Source: Phoronis australis (taxonomy: Eukaryota; Animalia; Phoronida). Taken from it: 64,000 nt of DNA. Under the pieces are notes generated by a model, which saw only the letters and a list, made by a program, of their open reading frames with translations, had not been told where the DNA came from and did not search any database. Made by a program: the position numbers and the translations under genes. Positions 1-12,012 of this stretch are shown here, piece by piece. The stretch covers positions 2,102,727-2,166,726 of the forward strand of contig NMRA01000003.1 in the NCBI GenBank assembly GCA_002633005.1, read 5' to 3'. The number at the start of each line of letters is the position of its first letter. Positions within the stretch are counted from its first letter, which is position 1.

Positions 1-36
1 TCGAATGAACTATAACAATTTTTTACTCAAACTTAC

Positions 37-556
37 CGTTTTCAAGTTATTTGATGTTGTTCATCATCGCCACCATCATCATCATCTCCATCGTAGTCAT
101 CATTTCCGTCGTCATCTTTTCAGTTAATTTCGCTAAGTGTCGCTCAGGACTAGCCTCAATTCTTACTGATTTTTTACATCTTCGCTAGTCATATGAATGT
201 CATCATGTTGTTCATACTGGCCACCTTCATCATCATAATCGTCAGCGTCATCATGATCTCCATCGTCGTCTTTTCAGTTAATTTCGCCAAGTGTCGCTCC
301 TCTGAGCACTCTCGTTTATTTTAGCTTTTTGACACCAGCTGGGATCTAAATTCTCCAGCTTTATCATTGGCAGACACTGGCTTTGTCACAGATACTTCTT
401 TGCAGATGGAAGTGTATGTTACAGGACGTCCTCACTCATCAATTGATATTTGAAAAAGTTTGCCTTTTTTGGAAGGCATTATGGTACATCACACAGCAGA
501 GAATTTTTTCACAGTGTCATTCATTTTAGCTGACAGCTTTCCCTGTTTTCCAATCC
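37..556 (-). pseudogene. Decayed Asp-rich exon containing two ERHLAKLTE-acidic units
   Basis: Acceptor-like cttttgtttag at 557 and donor gtaagt at 36. The frame IGKQGKLSAK...PVSANDKAGEF...EERHLAKLTE/DDDGDHDD carries in-frame stops and single-A frameshifts, and has a 154-bp internal duplication (121-145 vs 275-299). Confidence 0.55.
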
Positions 557-653
557 CTAAACAAAAGAAGTCAGTCATAAAACTCAGGCATTGTGGTAAG
601 TGGCTATTGTAATCCCAACCTGAGTGAGAAGCATTATTTTGTAGTTGCTGATT

Positions 654-985
654 GGGATGTAGCACCTAATGCGCAAAATGAGTTGACTACAATGAACTGG
701 AGTGAATACAGGTGACGGTCAAGTGCGAAGTAAGCTCCATGTTCGCAGAATTGACGAGGCTTGGGCCTGAGGATGCCATGGCTCTGCGACCTGGCTCAGG
801 TGCGACAAGTTGGGAATCAAGATGTCGCGCCTAATGAGCGATGAAAACGAAGTTGACTACAATGAATTTTAGTGAATACAGGTGATGGTAATGAGTGAAG
901 TAAGCTCCTTGTTCGCAGAATTGACGAGGCCTGGGGCTGAGTTTGCCATGGTTGTGCGACCTGGCTTAGGGGCTACACATTGAGC
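654..985 (+). repeat. Two diverged direct copies of a ~167-bp unit
   Basis: gttgactacaatgaa...gtgaatacaggtga...gaagtaagctcc.tgttcgcagaattgacgaggc...gcgacctggct occurs at ~680-797 and again at ~852-966. Confidence 0.85.
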
Positions 986-1077
986 GAAAATATAGATAAA
1001 TGATAAGGTTTGGTTTGTTTTTAATCGACGTTTTTAGTCCATGCACTAGGAAAAACGTTTGCAGAAATTTGAAATAA

Positions 1078-1985
1078 TTACTGACTAGACTGAACAGGTC
1101 TGGTCTTTTTTAAAGCTGGAAAATGGCATGTAGGCAAGGTTTGAAATGCTGTGATTTGCCAAGTGGTGAATAAAAAAACCAAAACTTGCATCATTATTGC
1201 ATGTCTCAAGTGGATTTTCTTTTCTGAAAAACTTGCACATGAAAAATATCGCACCACCAGCAAAACAACACAGGTCAAAACCAAATACGCAAAGTTAGGA
1301 CACATGGATTGTACTTTAAGTTCAGCTCCTCCCTTAACAACAAGCCACTAAACACTTGCCAATTTGTAACACACTACTGACAGTCTGAATTTCATATTTC
1401 TACGCTGGCAATTAACATGTACTGTCCATGATTTCCACATCAATGTAAGATCAGAGAAGAAAAACATGTTGATTAATGAAATGACTGATTTTGTCGTGAT
1501 TCTAACATACCATATTTCAAAAACTTCTTGTCAGGTTGTCTCAGCGGTATGCAAATAAGAGCAGTAAATCTTTTTAATGAAAATTCATTGCCGTCTTTGA
1601 AGTCAATATGACTGACCCTGCTATTCCTTAACAATCTATCATACTCAACACTGGCTAAATCAGCGGAAACAATAGTTTTGTAGCAAATATATCATCTGCC
1701 CAGATACTGAGTGGACGTCTCCAAAGATGATCTTAACAGCATGTTAATTTATAGCAAAAACACTAATGATTCCATCTATCACCCAAGCACCAAACTGAAG
1801 ACCAGAGTCATATGTGTTTCCTGTGTTAATGATGTATTGCTTGTCTTCACATATCATTGCGTAGGCCAGGCCTCATTTACATTTTCTCAGTAATTTGAAC
1901 TCAAAGTGAAAATACGTAAGTCCCCCCAGGCACTTTCAAATGATCCAGTAAGTGCCTAAAAGACCACAATTCTAACCACATGTAA
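1078..1985 (-). pseudogene. Decayed intronless ORF of unknown family
   Basis: Long stop-poor segments joined by frameshifts, e.g. LAYAMICEDKQYIINTGNTYDSGLQFGAWVIDGII and IVSADLASVEYDRLLRNSRVSHIDFKDGNEFSLKRF. Confidence 0.45.
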
Positions 1986-2590
1986 AAAATTTAACAACTT
2001 GTATGCTGAGATTTAATGGGACATTTTACCATGGGGGTGGGGAGGGGGATAATCTGTGCATTTAACAATCACTCCTGATGGTCAGTCAGATACCAGTGTT
2101 AACTTTGCATTGAACTTTTAGCCCCTGGTGCTAATTTGGATAGGTGCTTATAGGCAAAATTCTCTAGCTGCCATCATTAATATGGCAAAATAAACAAAAT
2201 GAATTTCATTTTCAACAAAAACATTTCTAGTTACCGGTATCCCAATCTGGGTCTCTAAACTGGCCCTGCAGGCCACATAAATTACCAAATGACGAGGAAA
2301 AAACAATAGCTTAGATGTATATTACCTGAGTTCACAAAAAGTAGAAAGAATTAAGACACATTTAATGTTTGCCAAATTACCAGTAGAACATATTTTCCAA
2401 AGTGTGTTTGTGAGGTCAACTGATATAGCAAGAACCACCTTATTCAAAATTATCACTAATCACTTTGAATGACTAATGATACCCCTAGTCAGTGCCATAA
2501 TATATATTACCGTACTTGTTCGGGCTTAAAAATGCTCATGGGGCTGAAATCAGATTGTCAGTGCATTAAAGCAGAGGAGATGGACATTTA

Positions 2591-3095
2591 AACAAGAGCA
2601 ACGCGGAGCATTGAAATGTGCCCGCGAATGCATTGCAAATGGTGTGCTTTTAGGGTTATTTATTTGTATCATAAAAATGGCCACTAGATGGGGTAAAAAT
2701 GTACAATCCACCCAACGTGCCATATTTCATTAAAATCTGTCATGGAACTTCAGAGAAACAAAGGAAAACAGACTAAAATGAAATTGTCACTTGTGGGCCC
2801 AGCGTCCGTTGGATCTGCCCGAAAGACGTCGTCTGTTGTTATCTTCATATAAATACACTTACTAAATTTAATAATCATCCTGCAGTGCGTTTAGGAGATA
2901 CAGCTATGGGCGCAAGACAAAACAAAACTATCACTAGGAAGCACCACAGTAGCCCAAGTCGCCATCATCAAATGTCCCCTTCACACTGAAAACATATACG
3001 CCAATTTTCAAAGCCATCCCTAGAATGATTTGGTTGATAGAGGGGTGGATGCCAAAAACAAGATTTGAAAACAGCAAAAATGACCACTAATGGCG
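2591..3095 (+). mobile_element. 5' fragment of a Helentron/HINE-like non-autonomous repeat
   Basis: Starts aacaagagcaacgcggagcattgaaatgtgccc; collinear with 57678-58170. Confidence 0.8.
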
Positions 3096-3916
3096 TGTGC
3101 ATGTTGAATGATAGTCTAAGTCACAGTGCCTTACAGCATTAAATCATAATTACCAAGACTTGTGATTGTTGAATGAAAAGGCTGCCTAATGACAGCACTA
3201 AATCTTCTACAACCATTACCACTGCTAACAGGAAAACAATGTCAGTGTAAAATATACACCTCGACATCCATTTCCATATAAATTAACCATTCTTTGATAT
3301 TAATTTCTACTTGGCCGTAGGAGATCCTCCAAAAGTGGCATTTTGTCAAAGCATAACTCATCCACATGACAATGACTGGCCATTAATTTGGAAAGGAGTT
3401 GTGTTCGATGTGTTTTTGGATCGTTTATTTTAATTCTATAACAATTTCATGCTAACAAATGGACTTTAATCAGAATCAATCAAAAGATTTTATAATTATT
3501 AGCAAAGGGAGTGACAGATGCCAGATGGCATGTAATTCATTATATAATGCACAATCAAGTCCATGCCAAGTTTCGAAAAATTGGATACGCTGTGAATACA
3601 ATCGAACGGAACAGAAAAAAATTACACTTCTACTACTATTACTATATTGACAAATGAACAACAATTTATGCAATGCCTTGAAGTTCTCTATCCTTTTGTT
3701 ACAGTTACTGGTTAATGGTTTTTCCCATTCAAACAATGAAAAATTTGAATTTTTTTCAATGACAGATTTAGTTTCTATGTTACACAGTGTCTAAAATAGG
3801 CTAAAGAGAATGTTGCCACCAACAGGCAGCCAGTACCACTAAAACTCAGCTCTGTTCCCTAATTCACAAACAAAAGAGGTCGGACATAAAAGTGCTGCAG
3901 TAATTTCAACCAGTGA

Positions 3917-4317
3917 AGTCCCTTCCACAAACAGCCTACCTCAGAACAGCTCAGTGCACTGGTGCAACTTGCCCCACTAAGTTTATATACAAACACATAT
4001 CCGATAAACAGGGTAAGGCGGAACAAAGTTGTCGCTTTTTGCATGACAATGAACAAATTATGAGAACAGGGGGTGCAAAAGAAGACTATGGAATAGCAGC
4101 TAATAATTACTTTAGCAACCACATAGCCATTAGAAGAGGCACAAGTTACCCTAGAACAAGTTAATTACCGTACCGCGATAAGGTGGAGTAAGTTGTCATG
4201 AATGGGGTAAGTTGCACTAGTTCAAACAGCATCCACACAGCCTCCAAACCCAGCGACAAATCGTTCTAAGAGTAACTTGTTCTGGGATACTTTAAAGTCT
4301 GTGTGTGCACTGCTTTC
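3917..4317. mobile_element. Harbinger-like MITE, diverged copy of the 35931-36335 family
   Basis: Shares caagttaccct.aacaagtta...gataaggtggagtaagttgtca and tgcact.gtgcaactt.cccca with 35931-36335. Confidence 0.65.
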
Positions 4318-4603
4318 ATAAGCCCTGTTTAGATGTTAACTGTGATGCAGTTCAAACTGTCATGGCACAAGATGATCCATGTCAAGTGGCCGTTTTACAC
4401 ACACACAACTCAGAAACAGTGGCAAGGTGGAAGTTGTAGGCAGGAATGTAGAGTATGCATGCTCAATGTTACAAGTGGCGGAAGTTACAGTTTGTGCATA
4501 GTAAGAGGCAGAAAAATGTGTAAATTGGCACTGATTTAGCTAAACACTTGCAGGTAAAAGGCAAGGAAGAGTGGAGCAAAAATCACCACCCATATTTACA
4601 CTA

Positions 4604-5181
4604 CCGTATTCGCCCTAATATGCACCCATGCCCCTCAGCACCCACCCCCGCATTTTCAGATTTCGCTGAATTAGCACCCAGCCCATGAACGTGTACACAA
4701 TCATGCAAATAATGCCTTACCTAAAGTTAACGTCTTCACTATCGATAAGATCCGGCAGTCCTGAAAAATCATTGTGCACGGAATTTCAAGGTGACCAGCC
4801 TCGCTGCTATGTCGGTTTTTAACCGTGACTAACTTCAAACTTCCACTGTAATAATTGGTGTTTTTAAAGTCAAATATCTGACCCACTGATAGTGACCACT
4901 TGCATACCCTTATACCTGAATCTCCTGGAAAATAAATTAATGTTGTTAGACTGTCACACATCCAGTCACCCGGCGAGTCAATTACATTTAACATCGGCCT
5001 GACCGAGGCAATTCTTGAATATTTTTTTACCAGATGATACTTGCAAGTCCTAAAAACATGTTCTGCTTTACTGCTTGTGTTAATTTATTGAGGTAACAAT
5101 ACCCACCTAGAGCGTTACATTGCGTTTACTCTCGACGGGCAAATGAACTGACTGATGATATGAACGCACTCGCTCACTCAC

Positions 5182-5216
<35 letters not shown>

Positions 5217-5741
5217 CACACAGACGAACTTCAAAACAAACATCACATGACAACAAGATGCGTGTTCGTCTAGAGATTTTTGCCATGTTGCGCGGTACGA
5301 TCTAGCGCAGATTTGAACTTAAGCTTCTGCTAATCCAGACTCCATAGGAATTTAAAAATCTCTGGGACTCTATTTGGAAAACATGAGGAGGATTTCATGT
5401 AATTTGTTGAAACTGTATTTTTATTCTAGAATATAAGTTGCCCTATCTATGATCGTGAGGCAGTGACACAACAGTCGGCAAGTTTTCGCCCTGGAATTTC
5501 AGCACAATTTTCTGAAAAATGATCGTAATTTAAAAACGAAGTTTGATAGCAATGCAGCAAAATTTTGCAGAAAGTCTGTCAAAGGTTACAGGCACGTCAC
5601 AGAGCGAAAATTTGATGAATCCTAGCTTCCAATTACACCGGATTTGGAAAATGGGTTTCAACCGCCTCAGGCTACAATATGAGCCCCCTCCCATGAAACA
5701 AATTTTCTAAGCATCCAGGGCACTTATTAGGGCAAATACGG
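4604..5741. mobile_element. Tc1/mariner-pogo-like MITE with CCGTA termini
   Basis: Left ccgtattcgccctaatatgcaccc vs reverse complement of right end ccgtatttgccctaataagtgccc; TA on the left flank. Confidence 0.75.
5179..5222 (+). repeat. (CA)n microsatellite
   Basis: Directly visible. Confidence 0.95.
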
Positions 5742-5985
5742 TTTTACAAAAGTAACATGATCAAATCTGCCTTCGGCTTCACAATTCTTGGACAGAACAG
5801 GGGTTTATAGTAGTTGTTTTAATTGCTTCCAGTATTGGTGTTTGACTAATTAAATGAAAAGCTGAGACTAAACCAATAGTATGGAACAATGTTAGTCTGC
5901 TATTTAGATGTCAGAAAATGGTTGCTCTTGAATGGAGTTATTGGTAACACCAAGTTAAGGATAAGACTAATTGGCACTCGATAAC

Positions 5986-6849
5986 GGATTGCTCTTAAAC
6001 CCCCTCGACCCCCACACCCCTCAAACCATGACCCCCTCAACCAACGACCCCCTCAACCCACAACCCTCTCAACCCACAACCCCCTGAACCCACAACAATA
6101 GAGCTTTTTGTGCAGTTTTTACATATTTCAAAATCTTATTACGTTGCTGAGTGACTTTCCCATAAGACAAACACGCGAGTCTGTTCTGGCTCAAGTCCGG
6201 TGATTAAAATCAGACACTGGCATGAGAACATGATCTGAAATAGCGCATTGTGAGCGCACTACCGTTGTCACGAAAATAGTTCCACGAGCGGATACCAATG
6301 GCCCAGTTCTACATAACTTAGGGAGAGAGTACGTTAATGCGAATGTACATAATTTCATATTTTTAGTATTTGCTTTATATGGTATACTTGTTTACAATAT
6401 ACTTCTTATAACGTTGAAATACATATTAGTAAACAGTTCGTTTTTTCAAACAGTTTTATTTACTGATGAAATGTTAGTTTGTCGGTTCCTCCCACTCTCC
6501 ACAAAAGAGGTTGAATGTGCCATTCACTGAAGAGCAGACGAAACGATTACACTCTGCCGGGAATGACATTTGTAACGTTGGTAGATCTTTCATTTGATTT
6601 TGTCGTATTGTTTTTTTTCTGTTTTTGGCTTTCAAACTTGCCGAATTGACTCCCTTAATTGCAAAAAATACAGGGAAAGTCAGCCGAGCTCACGGCCCAA
6701 CTCATCGGCCCCACATTAGTCAGCGCTCGTTCTATGTTCAGACAGAGTCGAGCTTGTGTAGACTGGTTCGAAGGGGTTGTGGGGATTGTGGGTTGAGGGG
6801 GTTGTGGGTTGAGGGGGTCGTGGGGGTCAAGGGGGTTTCAGAACGATCC
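5986..6849. mobile_element. Mutator/foldback-like MITE with ~16-bp subterminal repeats
   Basis: GGAT...ATCC ends; TIRs built from acccctcaacccaca units; 9-bp TSD ctcgataac / ctcgatagc with 1 mismatch. Confidence 0.8.
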
Positions 6850-9800
6850 CTCGATAGCTTCTGTAGTACTTATGCAGTGTGAAATTTACTGACTTCTGAA
6901 AGCAAGTGCGATGAAAAGCCATCTTTTTGTTGTCCGTTTCATTTGGTATAAGAAAACAATTCCCATTAATTTCCTGAGATTGTCATGACGCCGGCTCATT
7001 AACTTCAGTAGTCTTTTGTGACAATTTGTGGAATTTCACCAAAAGGATAAGAAGGGGACAATAAATCATCATAAAAATATCAAACCAAAATTATTGAATG
7101 AGTACTGAAATTAATCCCCTGTTAGCAGTTAATGATACTCAGTTGAATTAGTAAGAGAAATATTTTAATAAAAATACCATAAAAGTGATACGGGAATAAA
7201 TCATCCATCATTCAGTCAAAAGCGAGCCCCCATGGGCTAGGCTACGTATGACTGATTGGTGTTGAGGAGAGTTTAACTCACACAAGGTTATCTACATGTA
7301 AATACGGGAAATATAAATATGGGGTAATTTGTGAACGTTTTATGGAATGAATTACGACCTGTAGACTAGTCATTTAACCAAACAGGCTGCACATCAATTC
7401 TAACAAGTAATGTCAAAACTTGAAACAATAGCGATTATAGGTTGTGGCTCTCATACTACCTAGCTCTTTCATATGGAGCACTCACTTGAGGCCACCAGGT
7501 GGTGGTAGGAGTATGTGCGTGTCTGCAACATCGCCACTTGAGGGCTCAATTCAAATCAACTATTAGTATCCACTCGACTCAATGTAAAATGGCAACAAGG
7601 ATAGGAATTGATGGAGTAGATCATGTGAATAAACTAAACTGATGTGTAAAGATCCGAGATTTGAAATTCTTTTATGTTGGATCATACAAACATGCATTTG
7701 TAATACATTAAAGATATATGACACCTTAAAGACATCATTGTTATAAATTAAACCTGTAATTGGTCAATTCTAAATCTATAGCAATCCAGGTGTTTTACTA
7801 TGATCACTAATTTGCCTTGTTTACCAGAAGCAGTTCCAGTGAGGAAATGACATTCTACAGATCACTACTTTAGGCCCATATATTTATAGCACCAATATGC
7901 ATTTTAAAAACAGTTTTCCTTTGGTGTTTTGCACACAGGTGCATAAACATATTAGCTTCACAAAATTTAGTTGTGAGAATACTGCCTGATAGGAGGGTTC
8001 TCCCCTAGAAGGACTGAGTAAGGGATGTGCCACCAACTCGGCGGCTGGGTATTTCAACTCTCTCAGGTATTGTCTCAAGTGTAGTTAATGTGGCTAGAGG
8101 TATTGTCTCAGGTAGGTATTTGGGAAATGGGTCAATATTTCCTTACCGAGAATTACATAAATAAAACATTGAGAAACCAACTACGAACACAACTGCAAAC
8201 ACTAAGAATGATGCCGGACACTTTTCTGTCTCAAAACTAATTCCTTCTGTAAAGAGCACTCCGTGTTGCGCCATCGTATTATTGGTGCTTCGGACAGGAA
8301 AGTAGTGCTTCACTATATTTGTCTATCAAAACATACCCATTTAAGGGGTGATAACACCGTAAAGTATTCACAAATTTGGTACTGTTTTTAATACGTTGTA
8401 GTCTGCTAAGGTATTGCGTAGGGGTCTGGATTTCGACGCCTCAGTGGCACATTCTCATACATTTTTGGCGAGAACCCCAGGGACTGCTGCAAAAGAATCA
8501 AATCAAAATGACAAGCCAACAGTAATGAGCGACAACTAGGACCCACAATTCATAAAACATGTCATAAAAATAAGACCAGAGCGAGAAGGCTTCTTAACTC
8601 ATAACCCACATGCAGGTGCTGTGTTCACCTGTAAATTTCAATGAGCTTACAGTTTACACATGACATACGGACACACTTTTTTGATCAAGCAATTATTTAG
8701 CAAAACGAAATTTCTCCAAGTCCGTTACTGTCATGATTTTTTTTCTTTTATTTTGTGTGTACTCAGGCTATAGGTCGCATTTTTCACACGTATCTTGCAA
8801 AACCCTTGGGGCTTATTGATTTGGGATGAATTCCGATACAAGATGGTGCTGTGTCTACCATTTTTAGAATTTCCCGCCAGGCAAGGAATTTGCAAGGTCA
8901 GTCCACTCAAAACCCAAAAATGGCTGTTTTGATTAACGTAATGTAGGCAGTAGCTTGTTTTCAATCTGTACATACACATGCTGCATTAACTGTATGTCAA
9001 TTTTTTGCATGTTGACTTCACATCCATGCTTAGCTTGTCTTTTCACTTTGTCCCCCCAATGCAAATTCCTGGATCCGCACCTGATTCTGGTCACTTTTTG
9101 GTAGGTCATCCACAGTTCAGACACCCATTTAAGGCAACCAACCGCTGCAACCTCCGCCTGCTGGTCAATAATAGAACTAAGGGGGATGGATGCCATGAAG
9201 AGTGACCTCAGCTCTGTAGATGCAACCGGAATGGTTTGTGATGGTCTTGATAATCTTGTGCATTAGACTACTGAAGATCTGGTGGTGGTTGAGTAACACT
9301 AGTATCGATGACGTTCTGTGTCAGATTGCGTTCACATGGAGCTTCCACCAGATTGACTATCGTAATTGATCTATCTATATGAATAAGTCATATTCATTTA
9401 GTCTGGGGTGTAAGCAACCTTTTCAGACTTATGTTCATGTGGCTAACAGGTGGCATGCAAACCAGACCAAAAATATTTGCCAACTTTATGTGTAATGTGT
9501 CATGTGAAATGTGTCAGTGTTTGTCTAAACAGGCTTGTTATAAAATGCCAGAAGACAGTATTCAAATTTCTCCTTAAAATGTTGCGTACTCAAGGTCAAG
9601 CACCTCGAGGTTCTTTCATAAAGTGACTATGTTAGCATTTTGGGCTTGGCTATCCACTGATCCAAAGGCGTAACTAAACAATTATTTTCTCAGCCTGGAC
9701 CATCAACCCTTTTTTCCTGTGCTTAGGTACACATGAAGACTGGAACAATTGCGTAGTAAGAGCTGGATTCACAAGGAACTGCTTTCACTGAGGGTCATTG

Positions 9801-9881
9801 GGTTCTATGCATCTCGAGCTCTATGTGTCAAGTTTTATGCAAAATAGGGTTCTACAAGTCCACTTTTCTGAGCATTGGACG

Positions 9882-10012
9882 AGGTTCTATGTGTCTCGGG
9901 TTCTGTGTGTCGCGGGTTCTGTGTGTCCCGGGTTCTGTGTGCCCCAGGTTCTAGGTGTCCCGGGTTCTGTGTGTCCCGGGGTCTGTTTGTCCCAGGTTCT
10001 GTTTGTCTCGGA
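9882..10012 (+). repeat. 16-bp minisatellite (gggttctgtgtgtccc)n, ~8 units, probably an orphan foldback TIR
   Basis: Directly visible; no partner TIR found. Confidence 0.85.
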
Positions 10013-10316
10013 GTGGTAGTTGTGCTTGTCCCCCTGTAGAGAATGTTCTAGCTGCATGTATGTAATGCCAACATATGGGCGCGTTATTAAGTGGATTACC
10101 TGATGCTTCATTCAAATACACGCAAGTCGAACAGTTTCTTTAGTGGAACAATGGTTATTACTGGATTCCATGTGTCCTTGGTCAGTGCTTGACCACACAA
10201 GAAAATTAACATAAGATCGCCGTTTACTTCCAAGCTCAACTTGGAGTCACTAATTTTGTCTTGCACTCCCGTTTTGTAATTAAGTACTCAGTTTTTGGAA
10301 TGTGCTTGTTAGCACA

Positions 10317-10850
10317 TCACAGTATACAGAATTGGTTGAACGTACGACACTTTTCATTGTTCACAGTCTTTATTCCATTACGTTCATACCTTCGGAACAA
10401 AACTCTACTCTCGACTGAACATAGATAAAGTAACTGACCTAGCGACATAATTAAAAGACACACGATATTTCGAAACATACTCGTTTCATTCTCAAGTGAA
10501 GATATAATGACGCAGTAATGCCACCACAGAGCATAAGCTGATGACACACACAGTGGGACACGGCGGGTGTGAAATACTCTAATAAATGACTAATGAAGGG
10601 GGGGTAACAGGAAAGTCATGCAAACAAGTGTAACGTGCAGCACGACCCTGTTTGCTGCTCATTCAAAACAGGCTTCTTAAAAGCAATTAAAAGGGACTCT
10701 AATACTTTCAATCGCAGCACATCGTGCTCCATGTAGCGAATTGAGGCCTTTTCCACAATTTCTTGACGAGTGATTTTACGTTCGTGACATTGCAGAAAAT
10801 GATCTTGCATGACGCCATTTTGAAGATGCATAGATAACCGACATCACAGT
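10317..10850 (-). mobile_element. Penelope-like retroelement 3' fragment: GIY-YIG C-terminus, pLTR and ORF N-terminus
   Basis: HLQNG..QDHF...RL.VLESLLI...KPVLNEQ is typical of the C-terminal part of the PLE GIY-YIG endonuclease. It is followed by a hammerhead-like motif (10461-10498) and LFRRYER...FNQFC, which resembles a PLE ORF start. Confidence 0.8.
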
Positions 10851-11528
10851 TTTTAAAGAATTCATACTTATTATCTAATAGTTAGAAATTTGGGGAATAT
10901 TCTTAATGTTAGGATGCAGACAGAATTTTTTATTTCGATAAATCCAATTTTGCCTGATACATGCAAATAATTGGAAAAATATTAAGTATTACAGAAGTAA
11001 CATAAGTGCTATAAAAACACAAATAAATATTTCAACCATAAAAACAAATCTTGATACTTGTTAATAAAAGTGAATTGTCCTATAAGCCTCTTTGTGCTTA
11101 ATTTACTGACATTTTCATCAATTAACCTTGCTAGTAATCTGATAACCCTTGCTATTAGAGGTTAAGTACCTTTAACTGACTTCATTATGTCTACTGATGT
11201 ACCATAATAGACACTTTGTCACTTCCAATGATTTGATCTCTGTTCACTCAAGTAACAAAACTTTTAGCATTTGATGTGATTACTGTCTTCTTCATTGTTT
11301 TGTGTGCGAACACAAATGTTCATTCTATTAATGTTGTCCTTGCAAGGAGCTTTCTGACTAAGAACGTACCAATAATTCTATTGACTTTCTGCATCTAAAC
11401 AATAAATCATATGTAATACCTAGGACCTTCCAAAACTGATCAAGTTGGTCAGTTCTTTGTTCATTCCCCACACGTCTCCTGAAACCTTCATCAAAATAAG
11501 TTCATTAACATTTTTGAGTTATCTGCAG

Positions 11529-12012
11529 ATGAGATGCATGACTAGTACACTTACTGATACACTCCCAATTTGAAGACTTGCCTAAACAAAACCCTTCTGA
11601 CTCACCATCCATAGTAAAACAGGATGTCTAGTACTTCAGTTATGAACCAATACTGTCCCTCCCAACAACAAATTTACTTAGCGATCAAGTCAACAAAAAG
11701 AAAGTATTCTGACAGAGCGGCACTTGACAAAATCTACTGAAAAGGGGAGTATTTCCTTAGAAACGTCGCTCACGCCACCATTGACGAGGCACAGAATGAC
11801 CTCGGAAAACACAACATTGCCCCGACACTCAATAACAGCCACACTGCCCTCAGCAATACAAAAAACGAAGTTAACGAAGATGATGACACCGTCTCCAACA
11901 CTGAAGTCAATACTAATGTGCCCACAACAGTCACAAAGCCGCTAACATTGACGGCCTTGCTGACATGACGGCATGAGAAATCAATCAACAACTAAGACCA
12001 GTTTTGAATAAC
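11529..12012 (+). pseudogene. Decayed acidic/Thr-rich exon with ERHLTKSTEK motif
   Basis: ctgcag acceptor-like site and gtaaga donor-like site; TERHLTKSTEKG, then NEVNEDDDTVSNTEVNTNVPTTVTKP after a frameshift. Confidence 0.45.

Noticed and set aside
37-556. In-frame TGAs as selenocysteine recoding
   Set aside because: A TAA stop and frameshifts co-occur and no SECIS was recognised; CpG decay is the simpler explanation
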